Of a DNA stretch of 64,000 nucleotides, positions 1 to 12,622 are shown piece by piece. A model generated the notes under the pieces. It made no database searches, was not told the origin of the DNA, and saw nothing but the letters and a program-made list of their open reading frames with translations. The translations under genes and the position numbers were made by a program. The first letter of the stretch is position 1, and each line of letters starts with the position of its first letter. The stretch spans positions 1 through 64,000 of the forward strand of contig JAHLWZ010000821.1 of NCBI GenBank assembly GCA_020536535.1. The letters run 5' to 3'. Origin of the DNA: Pelomyxa schiedti. Taxonomy: Eukaryota > Protista > Evosea.

Positions 1-30
1 GTCTGAGGTATGCACAAGTTGGAGAACACC

Positions 31-145
31 TCGAATATCGAACGTCGAATACCGTTTTTTTGGCCGAATATTCGTTTTTCGAATACCATCCTGGCCTATT
101 CGGTATTCGCGCAGCTTTGCTCCGAAAAGCATTGGCCGTCCCAGG
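31..145. repeat. Cluster of CGAATA/TATTCG motifs, possible subterminal region/end of a DNA transposon or MITE
   Basis: Seven copies of CGAATA or its reverse complement at 32, 46, 65, 69, 80, 97 and 104, including the palindrome CGAATATTCG; TGGCC at 61, 92 and 133; no plausible coding frame. Confidence 0.4.
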
Positions 146-281
146 AAACCACCCGGCCTTACGTCCTAGTATTGGTTCTGCAAGTTTCCTCTGTTTCCTA
201 TTTTACATTTTTTCCCAGATAACAAAAGTTCCTTGCTTGTGTTTCTGGTGTATGTTGCTGATCTGTGGCAGATTCACTGGT

Positions 282-3200
282 TTATTCTGTGTCTGCCATC
301 TTCTTCCAGTTGTCGTAGTTAACATGTGCAAACTGTTCCAGTTTCTTCAAGTCAGGGAATGTGCCGCATATCGTGGAGAGCACTGGAAACACGAACATCG
401 GGAAGAACGAAAGCTGTTTTGAAACGTTAAAACCCAACGAATTGTGTGAGTGGCAAATAATACCTGCAATCGATCAACAGTCATTGATCCATCGCCCAGT
501 TTAAATGGAGTTAATCCTGCAGACCGCTCTGCATCGGCTTGCTGTGAGAATTCCTTAATAAGTTTGTTTGCCCACTCAAAGCACACAGGCCAGCTACGGC
601 ATCTTTTGGTTTGAAAAATATGTAAGTATGGCGAAAGTAGATGAAATAAGTATACGTGTTTGCTAAATCGGCCAATTTCAGAATCATTTTCAGTATGAGG
701 AGTCTATCAGTATCCTTGGAGAAAACGTCTAGGACTCCAAAACTGTTTCTTTTTTCTCCAGCTGCAAGAAGCATATCTTTGAAAGCCCCAAATATTTCTA
801 CATGCTTTGCCATATCAGTGGCCAAAACTAGCTGAGATACTATCTTGTGTATTGACTGTTTAAGATTCAGCGGAATCCCACGCATCCAGTCAAACCCCAG
901 CTCCCCGCTTTCGTTATCACCAGAAGTCTCAGCTTTCCCAAAACCCAACGCTGCACTGAGAGAAGCTGCTGAGTGCATAGACTCCAAAGGAGAAATCCCG
1001 TTATACTGAACGTAAATCGGATGCATTGTATTTCTGAGAAAGTCTGTATTTACTCCCGGGTGGTGGAAGTCATGCGCCGCTGCAGCAATTGCGATGGACA
1101 ATCGCTCAGTTTGGGTGAAAGTTCCAATGAAACATGGTAGCCTCATCATCCAGTGCACTGCCTGTTGTAAATTGTTAGAACTCGCTATACAATATAAGAT
1201 TCATATACCTGCATTACATCCATTGCATGTAAACTGTTGTGGTATGGATTGCAGTCGTTGTACCCCTTGTGGAGGAACTCTCCAAACTTCTGAAGTTTTG
1301 GAATATCTATAGATCCCAATTCTTCCGCGCAATCCGTTGCTGCTTGAACCACTGTGCTTTCAAAAATCATCTCGAACAATGCCTCATTCTTCTTGAGTTC
1401 ATCAAAGACGCTGAATTCCCATAATTGCATTGACTGATCCAATGCCATGATACTGGCAGAATCAAAAAGTTTTTTTGGACCAGTGAGAGGTCTTTTTCCA
1501 TCAACTTCGCACGCCGCTCCTGTCTTCGTGCTCTGAGATCGGTGTTCTTTTGGAAATATTTGTGCACTGCTCCCCTGCTCACTGGAAACAACCTGGCAAG
1601 CAACTGCAACTTTATACATCTCGTCAGTGACAAATTCATTTGCCCTCAAGTCAGCTGCTCTATAAATATCTCCCCTGGCCAGACTGGGGATGATCTGGAA
1701 CTGCAAAATTTCCAAAGTCTCCCGAGTCAAGAAGACATGACCCTGGTCATTAACCACAACTCCAGTTTCGTCTGATGGCGTCCCCTGCCGATAATTTGAT
1801 GGGGGAGTGATGAGTGCTCGCAAGATCGAGAGAAGTTTTTCGCTTCCTCCTTTGAGAACATCACAATTAGCCAAGTGCTCATCCAGGGCTGTCTTGCTTG
1901 ATTGCTTATTAACTTCTATCTGTAGTGCCTCTATCTTGTTTGATAAGGTTCCATATTGCCTCCTTACACTTTGGAATACAGCCAATGCCAAAACAGCAAC
2001 CACCACAACAAATCCTGCAACAGCTACAACCGCAATTGTGATGTTATTTGCTCTCACTTGTGACACCAGGAAGGCAGAAGAGTCCACAATAGTTAACACA
2101 ACCCAACCAGTTTCATTGAGCCTCGACCAGAAAACCATCTTATTGTCAGTCGATAGGCCAATGCCGTTTCCACTGTCATAATTTCCGCTCTCTTCTTGAG
2201 ATATGCGATATACAAGATCCTCGCAGTCTTTCCTTTCGTATATATTCCAGTGACTAGCATTGTACGTAGTTGTTCTGACAATTTCGCTGTAGTCACAGGT
2301 ATCTTCAGTAGACATCCAATCAGTGCAGGCTTCTTGCGGCAAGGCCAAGATCAATCCGCTTCTGGAAAGTGTGAGAGAAAGTTTCGCAGAGTGCCTTCAA
2401 GGTTACTTTGAAACAAGCATTGTATAAGCATGATACGGAAGATTGGAAGTGGCTTCAGCAACAAATGACACTAATTCAGCCAGAAGTACATCCGTTCCGC
2501 AAACACCAAGAAATGAGCCATCAGTGAGACTGAAAATCTGCACTCTATCTTAACTTCTTCATTGCATCGGGCTTTCTTACTGGATTTAGTAGAGACACCA
2601 TCCACTCTCTCCAGATACTGTCAAAATAAGGATCACTCCACACTCTTCCCTTGGTTGGGTTATTGTCTGGTGTAGCTGGAGCATAGAATGGAGAAGAGAA
2701 GAGATCTAGGTCAGGTGAAAATCCTGCCTGAAGGGGGTCAATATAAGGATACCTAAGAGTGCCTGAGTTCAGGGGAAAAAGGGGAGGTAAAAGTCAAACC
2801 CTCTTGTTAATCCATTACTAAGAGAAACATATAGGGTATGTATCTGCGGCCAAGTTTCAATTGCCGTTGCCACAAATTCATCAGTGGCTCCTGTTCTCCA
2901 CAGGAAAGTCTCTATCACTCCCTCAGTCACCAATTCCGGATACTTTTGAATTCCAATTAAAAACCACCCAAAAAAAAAAAAAAAAAAGCGCTTCTTCAGC
3001 ATGTCACTAGAACATACTGGTGTGATGAAGGCTGCCACAGTGCCCCCGTAGTCATACGCCGTAGCCAACATCTTCTTCCCATTCCAGTCCGATTCATTCA
3101 GCCACTGGTATGATTCCAGCTCGAAAAGCGGTGGCACCCTGACCCTCAGCAGGCTTTTCTCGTAACTAAGTGCGAGAGCATCCACCGGCGCGTGGAATTG

Positions 3201-3587
3201 AACCACGGCACGCTCTCGGAGCAAACTCGCGCTCCACTGGGTGTGGTCCAGCAACGCCGAAGTTGCCGTATCCTTGAGGCTATAGAACGTGTCAAACTGG
3301 GCGTAGCAGGCGTAAGCCACGCATGCCATGGTTGCTGAAGCGAGTGTGAAAGTGACCACCACAGCAAGGACCTCTGAGCGGCTCCATTTGCCTCCCACGG
3401 AGCAAACCGAGGAGGAAGAATGTGATGATGAAGGTGACTTGCGTGGTGAAGACGAGGATACAAGGTGGGAGAAGGGAGCTTGGGCCGAGGCTGAGACTAC
3501 TACTGAGCCTGAGCGGGATTTGGTGTGGTGGCGCGGTGGGGGTGTCTTGCTGTTGTGTGCGCTGCTTTCTTCTTCTTGCCTTCTCAT
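282..3587 (-). CDS. Membrane-bound class I cyclic-nucleotide phosphodiesterase with extracellular dCache-like sensor (TM-Cache-TM-PDE), multi-exon
   Basis: PDE motifs YHNSLHAMDVMQ, AAAAHDFHHPG, LESMH, LATDMAKH, KLADLAN and invariant Q (RLQ|LSFF). Cache signature WSDPYFD..MVSLLNP|IF..GSFLGVCGTDV at 2490-2650. TM segments VLAVVVTFTLASATMACVAYA and ITIAVVAVAGFVVVVAVLALAVF. Stop TAA at 282-284; ATG 3587 (3635 is an alternative). Confidence 0.9.
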
Positions 3588-4029
3588 TATTACTTGTTTG
3601 TGTTTTTTGTGTTTTTGTTTTGTTTTTTGCAACATGTTCCGACGTTCAAGTTCAGTCGAGACATTTGGTGGTAGCGAATGACATGTGCGAAGTCGGCGAA
3701 AAGAAGGAACATCAACTGTGAATACGGAAATAACCAGATGATCATTGTTTCTGGAAGAACTTTCGAAAAACTCCGGAAGATCCCTACCTCTCCTTAGCAT
3801 AAATACCCTCAACCGTTGAGGACAAGGCACGACAAAATCAACCCAACTTCTGCGGCTGACCCAAATCGCCATTCTGGGTTGGTTTGTTGGATTCACTGAG
3901 TGCAGCTCCCGGGATATCAACGGCTCATTCTTGTCTGCCGAGTACACTGCCTGAATGAACAAATAGAACAAAACACACACTGACCAGAAGGACTGAAGCC
4001 GCTCCTGTCCGTTACAGCTTATCACCATC

Positions 4030-6293
4030 ATGGTTCCACGAAAATCCTTTTCAATACAAAAATCGCGGGCAACGATTCGCTGTTTGTCCGCTTCCACAAG
4101 TTGTGAGATGCACGGCGCGACCAACTTGGTGGCACATTCCCCGGTTGATCCCAGCAACAACACAAATCATCGTGCGCATCCGCAGGGCACTGCTGTCTCC
4201 TCAGGCTTCGTTGGTACACCCCCAACAGCACCTACTACGACGCCGCCAAATTACGTCTCTCCGTCGTACGTCCCCCCCCATAATCCTGGCGAGACCCGCA
4301 CGGTGTCTTCACACCACTACGGCGCCCAGATGTGGGGGCCGATCGGCGACCGCGACGTATTGCCCCCAACGTCAGCCGCTATAAATATACCCTCGGGCAC
4401 GTGCCATTCCCCCGCGATGACGTCAGCAAAACAAACCCCGGATGCTGAGAGCTTCTACGATGACATCAAAAGCAACTACAATTGGCTGAATATGAATTCA
4501 AGAGGTGCCAGTATCTCAGAGCCTGTCAGTCAAGTGCACAGAGACTCCACAACACAAGCAGTTAAGCAATCACATAAACATACACATTCAGATAGTAGTA
4601 GAATTGTGGTACCTCCTGTTGGTACGAGTCAATTTCCTGCTGCTAGTACTCCTGCTACCCCACCTCCTTCCAGACAAGTTACTACTAATACTCCTCCTAT
4701 CACAACTACTAGTGACCCTCCGCGGCAATTGAATCAAATTCCACACTTCAGTACAAAATCCCCCACAACCACTAGAGCACCTTTTCAAGAAATTACTCCC
4801 ACCACTACCACATTACCTTCTAATCCGGGTGCAACACTAACAGAATCCTGCACCGGACACTCACATACTGTAAATTCCAACTCTGCACCAGACTTTGACT
4901 CGGCAAAACCAAGTCCAAGCACAAGACTTCATGGACCAGGTCTACGCACTTCAGGCAACCAAAATGCCAACTCCACTCTTTTTGGAATGTCACAAGGTGA
5001 CTATATGATGTCTATCCCCCCACGGCACGTGGGTCTCATGAACGGTGGGCAAAACAACTGTTTTTTGAATGTTGTTGTACAATCTTTGTGGAACCTATCC
5101 CGGTTCCGAGAGCCTTTTTTTAACCTTAAAGAATCTCCCGATAGCATTTATACCGCCCTAAAAGTAAGACACTAACCTTCTGATTTTAAATAACACGATG
5201 TATTTAGGGGATTTTTTGCAACATCAGGGAAACAGATAAGAGAACAGTTTCTCCGAATATATTGAGGCAAGCTCTGAGCCAACACTTCAGCAGAGAAGCC
5301 AGATTTCAACTTGGAGAAACGGTATATTTGAGTCTTCAATACTTTTTCTTATGCACTTCAGGAAGATGCCCGAGAAGCATTTGTATCTCGATTTTTGAAT
5401 GTTTGTTTGCATTTATGTCTTTGTAGGAAGCAATTTTAACTTGCCTTCACAAATGCCTGGTACTCCCCCATCACGCAAGCCCCTGCCATGAACCGACTTG
5501 CATCTCACATCACGTATTTGGTCTCTCGTTAACACAAAAGGTTATCGGAAGTAAAAAATTACAAATTCTCTCACCATGAATCTCAGGGGGAGTGCCCATG
5601 TGGAACTCTTTCTTCTACAAACAACTTCCAAACATTTGTAATTTATGCCACTATAGAGTACGAGTTGGCCGTTATTTTCTTTCCACTGAACTGTTTAAAG
5701 TTACAAACTTAATAAGCTCCAAGAAATGGTGAAGATGACAAACACTCTTCAGACATCTTGTGTACAACACCAGAAAATAAAGGCCTCTTTAACGGACTTT
5801 CAGGTTTCTTGTCATTCTACAGTTCGGACTCATTTGTATTTAAGACAACGTTTTGATCCCCAGGTACTAACAATTGGTCTCAATTGGCCCACTCCACACC
5901 CTTCTCCTGATGGTAACTTTACCCCCTTATTTGTGTATAAAAAAGTAAACCTAACCGGCACAGACATACTAGGCTTTTTTGTGGAAGTCGAAGAAACACT
6001 TCAGCTTGGTGACATTTTCGAGGGCCGGAATTCCACTTACGACCTTCGCGGCATGATATGCTTTTGGAGGACCCACTACATCAGCATTTTTTCCTTCAGT
6101 AATCCCCAGACAAACCCAACACACCACCGGCAGTGGATCAAATTCGATGATTCCAACTTTCAACAGGTTAGCAGCTTCATTGTAAAAGTTTTCCTCGTAC
6201 TAACCTACATAGATCGGGACCACGTGGGAACAGTTTGTATCAGGACAACATTTCGAACACCCTGTATTATTATTCTACCAAAAGCGACGATAG
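4030..6293 (+). CDS. Ubiquitin-specific protease, USP53/USP54-like, with long Ser/Thr/Pro-rich N-terminus; multi-exon
   Basis: Cys box GLMNGGQNNCFLNVVVQSLWNL; EDAREAF micro-exon; His box YDLRGMICFWRTHYISIF..WIKFDDS; C-terminal HPVLLFY; TAG at 6291-6293. Start may be 4108. Confidence 0.85.
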
Positions 6294-6341
6294 AGGTCAC
6301 CAGTACAGAGTTTTGCAAAAAATGAGGCAACCAAAATTTTA

Positions 6342-9300
6342 CTATTTACTTTTTTCGGACAACACATGCAATTCTCTCGTAAAGTACTGCGTGACAACGT
6401 GCCTCTTGAGCTTCAGTGTTGGTGTGAGGAATTCGGTGTGTGCTTCCCATGGTCTGGGGTGTATGTACAAATCACGCACACACTTGAACTTGGGTAGTTG
6501 CGCAGAGAGACAGGCAGAGAATACTATGTCTTGAAATTGTTTGTACACTGCTTCAGACCTGTGGAGAACAGAATTAGGCTTGATTGGGCATTTTGGTAGT
6601 AGAGCTAACTTGCAAAGTGCTTCTATGTCATCAGATAAAGCCTCCAGTCCGTGGTGAGTTTTCGCCCAGGTTTTCAGTACTGTTTGATTGGGAACAATGA
6701 TTGCTACAGGCCTTATCATTTCAGGGCTTCCATATACAAATGCATTTTGTACGAAGGGGAGTTTCTCTGTTTCAACTTCCATTTAAACATTGAAAACAAA
6801 AAAAGAGCCTCACCAATAATATTCTCTATTTCATCGGGACTTATGTATTCACCTTGAGATAGCTTGAAGAGATTCTTTGTCCTGTCAAAAACTTTGATTC
6901 TTCCACTACTTGTGAGGGAACAAACTGTAACGGAATTAAGTTTCTACTCTGCCAAACAATAATAACACACCATCACCAGTATGTACCCACCCATCGGCAT
7001 CAAGAACCTGTGCCGTTCGTTCTGGGTCGTTGTAGTAGCCCTTGAAGCATAACCTTCCTCTAGCCAAAAGTTCTCCTCTCGGTGGGTTGTCTACATGCTT
7101 CAGTACCCAAAAAAGAAAAGCGTGAGAAGGAATTTACCCGTTACGAAGTAATTCATTGAAGGTACACTGATTAGTTTGATTTCAGTCGTGCAATAGGGAG
7201 TGCTTCCAATTCCAAACTGAACATTATCATCAGGCTCGGTGGCAGAAACTATGCACAAATGTTACTAGTTGAAACTGGTATAGTTTGTTTTCTGTACCCA
7301 GACCCGCCGTTTCGGTCAGGCCATAGCCATCCAAAAATATGTCAGTAACACACAGACGAAGGAATGCTAAATGGTGATAAGGTCAAGAAAGTAGAAATAA
7401 ATTTGAACTACTTGCAACATAACCAGGTACAGGAGCCCCAGCGTTAATCATAACGTGCACTCTGCCTCCAAATTTATCTTTGATCTTGTTGAAAACAAGT
7501 TTATCTGCCAGCGGAGTTGATTGGAACCCCAAAGCCAACCAGCAGTACTTCCAGTAAAATCTGAAAGTTCCTAGTGAATGAGAGGGAGAAAGGTATTCCA
7601 ATCACACAACCCTAAAAAGGGAATGCTCACGCTAAGAAGAATACTATTCGATTTATGATAGGTTGATGTCGAATTTGGTCCCGAATTCCGTCATGTATTC
7701 TCTGGTATACACGGGGAACACCAGCAAAAACGGTAGGTCTAAGCTTTGCTACGTCTTCTGTGAGAGTTGCCACATTACCATTAAAAAATCCAACTTGTCC
7801 ACCAAGACGCATCTATTTTCAGTTGGGCCGTAAAAAGAGAGCTCATGAATTCATACTGCTGTGGTATTCAATACAACTCCAAAAATATCTAACAGTATAA
7901 AGTGGTGGGGAGAAGGAATTGAAGGTGAGATGACACTGGTGAAATGCACTGGGACATACGAGCAAGGGGAAGGTAACTGAGGAAAATAACTCCCGAGTCA
8001 AAGATGATCTTTGGGATCTTAGCATAAAGGCCAACACTTCCAGCCTTGTACAACATTGTAAGAAATTATATGCTACTTCTCATAGAAAGTACCAAGCAAG
8101 AACAATTTGACAGCATTGCCCCTTTAGGAGTTCCAGTTGTTCCAGAAGTATACATTATCATGCTGAGATCATCAGGATTGGCAGGTGGGGGTTCTGAGAG
8201 GTCTCCAACTAATGGTATTCCACTTTTTTCAAAGAGAGTAAAAGTTGTGTGATAGATGCAGCCATCTGTCCCCAGAGCATTGGCAAGAGAAGAGTCTGGT
8301 GCCCGACTGTCAAGAGCAATGATGCGAAGGTCTTGTAGAATGGCAGCAGTTTCAGCAATGTCCGCAGCTGTGAGTTCATTCACAACGGTAGCCCCGCCAC
8401 TCTCTTCAGATGTGACTGTAGGGGTAGAGTGCGCAATGTCTGTCAGTACTTGCACGAGTTCTTTGGCTGAGGCCAGCTTCTCTGGACACACAAAAAGCAG
8501 CTTAATACTAGCGTGTCTGGATTTGTTTGTTGTGCAAATTGGTCAATTATGTTTTTTGAAGAAGTAATGTGGAAATAGTACATACTTGACAATGAATTGT
8601 GCCGCATTTTGTGAGATTGTATCATAAACTGGCACGAAAATGAGACGTAGCATTGAGCACGCAAAATGAACCAAGTGAAACCTGGACATAATAATAAGGA
8701 AAAAAATAGTATGTAATCTTTAACAGCTTACTCTTCTCTTGCAGGAGCATAGAACCCAATAGTATCTCCTTCTTTCAATCCCGAGGCCTTCAAAGCAGCA
8801 GCAAGGTGCTTCACACGCTGAAACACTTCTCTGTAAGTCTGCCACTCAAAATCACCCCTTGCCGTAGTCCCAGCCCCCGAATTCTCATGGCTCGCAGCAA
8901 CTTTTGCCGACTCTGAAGCCGATGCGGCGGAATCCACACCACCCGGCAATGTCGGCGGCTCCGGGCTCCCTGCACTCTCCTCCTCGTCCCCCCTGCGCCT
9001 CTCGCTCGTGCTTCCACTGTCGCCGTCGCCGGTGGTGACTGACGATGAAGATGACGAAAGCGATGGAGAAGGTGATGACAAATAGGACCTGACGCCAAAC
9101 AGAGGCGTGTCGGGGTGATCGCGAGCAATCACGCGGATGAGCTCGTACGGCGAGAGTATCTCCGGGTGCGTCCTGTCCCACAGCGGCCCGGGGCCGTATC
9201 GAGGGTTCCTCACCACCGCCGTCTCGTCGCCCGACGTAACCGCGTACGCCGAGCAAGATCCCTTGATGCCCGCTGACGAGACCACTGCATAGTACGTGTG

Positions 9301-9369
9301 CACCACGAATCCCAGCACCGCACGCAACACACGACACCACCAAGCGGCGGCAGCGACAACAAACCCCAT
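6342..9369 (-). CDS. Long-chain fatty acyl-CoA synthetase (ACSL/LACS family), multi-exon
   Basis: AMP-binding motifs [55 protein letters not shown]. Confidence 0.95.
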
Positions 9370-9667
9370 CGCTCGTGCTTTGTTTTGTTTTTGATTTTCC
9401 TGAAGTCTTCTTCGTAATTGATTGTTCAAATTTGGCTTCCATCTGCTCTCTTTTTGATTCCCAAAACCCGTGACAGTCTGTGGCTGTTGCCTGCTTGAAG
9501 CAAGGAACTCTTTGGGGTGTTCCAATTGCAGCAGGTTTGTGAACTGTAGTGAGAAGTTCCTTTTTTTTGTGATGAGTGGGGTGTTGAAAACCCATTCACA
9601 CTTTTCGTTTTTTTGAAGGTTCTAGGTTTTTGGAAGGAGCAGAATGCCTTGGGTTGGTGGTTTTCAG

Positions 9668-12622
9668 TTAGTTTTGTTGGTATTTTGTGATGAGAGAGTT
9701 GGCAATTTGTGTGGTATCTCCTTGTGGTGTTGCTGGAAATGTGTTGGTTTCTGTTTGCCAGGCTTCTTCAATTGCAACGCAGTCTCGGTTGAAACCCAAG
9801 TGGTTGAACACCTTTCCAGTCTCGACTGCGTCTGTTACATAATCCACAAACAATGCCCAGCGGTCCACATAGTAATCAGAATACAGTCCCTTCATTGGTT
9901 GTATATTTAGTTTAATTTGGTGAAGTTACCAACCAACCTGCCAGGCCTTTTTGGCATAGTCATTGATGGATGTGTCAGCATAACCCCACATAGTTACTTG
10001 ATTTCTGGCATTGAATTCATAGAACTCTTCTTCTCCGGTATTTGCCCAAGAAAGAGCACCTTGAATCCACGTGCCGAGCAACCAGTCCTGGTGAGTGAGG
10101 AAAAGAGAATCCAGGTCCAGTATTATTTCCTGCAATTCGGATCCTAAGTGCGGTGAATGAGTGTGTGAGTTGAGGGTTCACACCTGCTGCTATAACAGCT
10201 GTGAGGTTGCTTCTGTGATAGCCTTTCCGAAGGTTGGCAAATACTTCAAGGAAGTGGTCTGCAAGGGCTTGCCTCCCCAGATCAACTACATCGTTTTTAT
10301 ATGTTTCTACTTGGCCGTATAGTGCTTCCACATCACTTGAACACAGGAGTTCCCATGCTTTCCTGGTAAACAATTGTTTTTGGAGGTATTGTTTTCTTTA
10401 GTGGAGGACAAATTCGAGAGTGGCGGAAGAAACCAGGAATCACTTGTCCAAGCAGGTGAATCCATGTTGTCAATTGATGGCCTTACCTCAATGACATGGC
10501 CATCATCAAGACTCCAAGAGGAATAAATTGATTGCAATAATGTCAACCAGGCATTAACAGCATTATCTGGAGCATCAGGTCCATATCTCCTGTGAACATA
10601 CTGGGTCACCCAGTCATCGACATCCTCCACAGGATCGCTACGCCATTTGCTCTCCAACATAGCTTCATATAAAATATAGTTCTGACTGATCCCTTCCATT
10701 GTTAGCCCAACTCCGCTCATGGAAGGTGATGTGACACGGTCCAGGTAAGGCTGTGTAAGCACATGTGTCAAGTTCCCGTACATCCCTGGGTTTCCACCAA
10801 AGTTATGAAGGAAACACCTAGAGTCAATGGTTCACCCACATGCACTGAAATAGATATTGGGAAGGGAACCATATCCATTTCTTTCCGTAATAGGAGTCAA
10901 ATTTTTGCCAGACCTGCAAAACTGGTGAGTACTTATTGAAAACTACCAAAACCATACTGGATTCTGCTCGGTCCATAAATCCAGAATAATCATATTTTCA
11001 TCTGGTACACCTAGGTGTTTCGTTGGTGTGACATTTATCATCACGAGTAACTGAGAACACACTCAAACACACCAGAGAGGTATGCCTCAACCTAGAAACT
11101 GTTAATACTTACCCATTTTTTATAATATTGATCTCGACCTCTTTTGGCATCCAAAAGAAATTCTGATTTTCAAATAGCCAACCTTGCATCAGCCAGATTC
11201 CCTGAGGGTCGACTTCGGCCATCGTAGAATACACGAAGTTAGAGGCGTTGTAGAGATAATCAGTGTCTCTGTACTCGGGAGTCAGCTCATTGTAGAGGTC
11301 CCCTAAAGCAGGTTGATCCACCACAAATAGGATAAAAGAAAAACCATTATATATGTGATCTGTTCCATACACTTCATTTTGAATTTGAAGAAACAGAGTG
11401 CCAATCTGACGGAATAATGGATCTGTTGGCTCAAGGAACCTGTTGGACTTGAGTAAAAGCACTTCAAGAGCATATAACTTACCAAGTACTGTAAGTGGCA
11501 TTGAAATCAGCCCAAGTTGACGCTTGGATGATCTGAGCATCTGGATAATACTCTTTGAGAGCTTCAGGAACATGTGCTGAGGTGTTTGAGCACAGAAGTC
11601 TGGTGGTTAAAGGAAAAAACCTGCAAACATGGGAAGAACTGGAGTCTAGGGGTATTAAATAAGGTTGGGCGATAACTGAGGTTGATTGATTACCATTCCA
11701 AGATCTCTCATGCGTTGAAGAATTAGAAGTTGAAGGTTGTATTGTTCATCTATCCAATTATCTGAGAGAGGCCCTGCCCAAGTTTGGAGATTTCCCATTC
11801 TAAACCAGGCAAGGAAAGCTGGGCCAGTCAGCCAGGAGTTAATTTCATCCATTGTTAGGCCCATCTTGGTGAAAACAGCTCTCCACACGTACTCTTGGCC
11901 GGCAAATGCTAGGGGTAAGTTCACTCCATTCAGTGCCATCCAGTCAATTTCACGTTCCCATCGGGCCCAGTCCCACCAAGCAGCAGAATAGGAATGAGTA
12001 CAGGTATTCATGTAGTAGCTATATCTAAGCCACGGGTTGGTTTTTCCGGCGGAAGGAGCTGAAAAGCTTACTTGGAGGGGCTGACAACCCGAACATTTTC
12101 AACCTGTGGCAAAGTGGAAGGGAGTTCCAGTTGGTCACCAGTCCATGAATACTGTGTATTCAGTGAATATCGGGCATACCTAACAAACAAACAAGTAAAT
12201 CAATTGCCCAAAAAGGGTAAAGCATTCATCTGTATACACACCACCCCAAAGCAGAACACAAAGCCACCGCGTTGTTTCCTCTCAATATAACCCCAGAAGA
12301 GTCCCCCTCAATCTAACATTTCTCCATTAAAAAGCTCAAGCAAAAGTACAAAGAAGGCAAAAAATGGGAAAAAAAAAACAACAAAAAAAACCTCATAAAC
12401 ATCGAGACAGTCAGTTGAGTCAGAGTCCAACACACAATCAATGACCTCGAAACTGACGCGCCCAACGAGGGAGGGGTACACCCTAGACAACACCCCCTCC
12501 GCAGCCGACACCGGATCTCCGCCCGAAGACGACAACGCCAACGCCGCACCAGCCACCGTAATCAAAAATATAACCGAGAGTGGCAAATGCACCCTCGTGG
12601 TGGCACATGACGGCCCAAACAT
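9668..12622 (-). CDS. NAGLU: Alpha-N-acetylglucosaminidase (GH89), secreted/lysosomal, multi-exon
   Basis: [47 protein letters not shown], catalytic-Glu motifs YNELTP and [20 protein letters not shown]; N-terminal signal peptide. Confidence 0.96.

Noticed and set aside
3636-4163. Long 5' extension of ORF 2769..4163
   Set aside because: It runs through an A-rich UTR/divergent promoter and overlaps the USP gene; not protein-like
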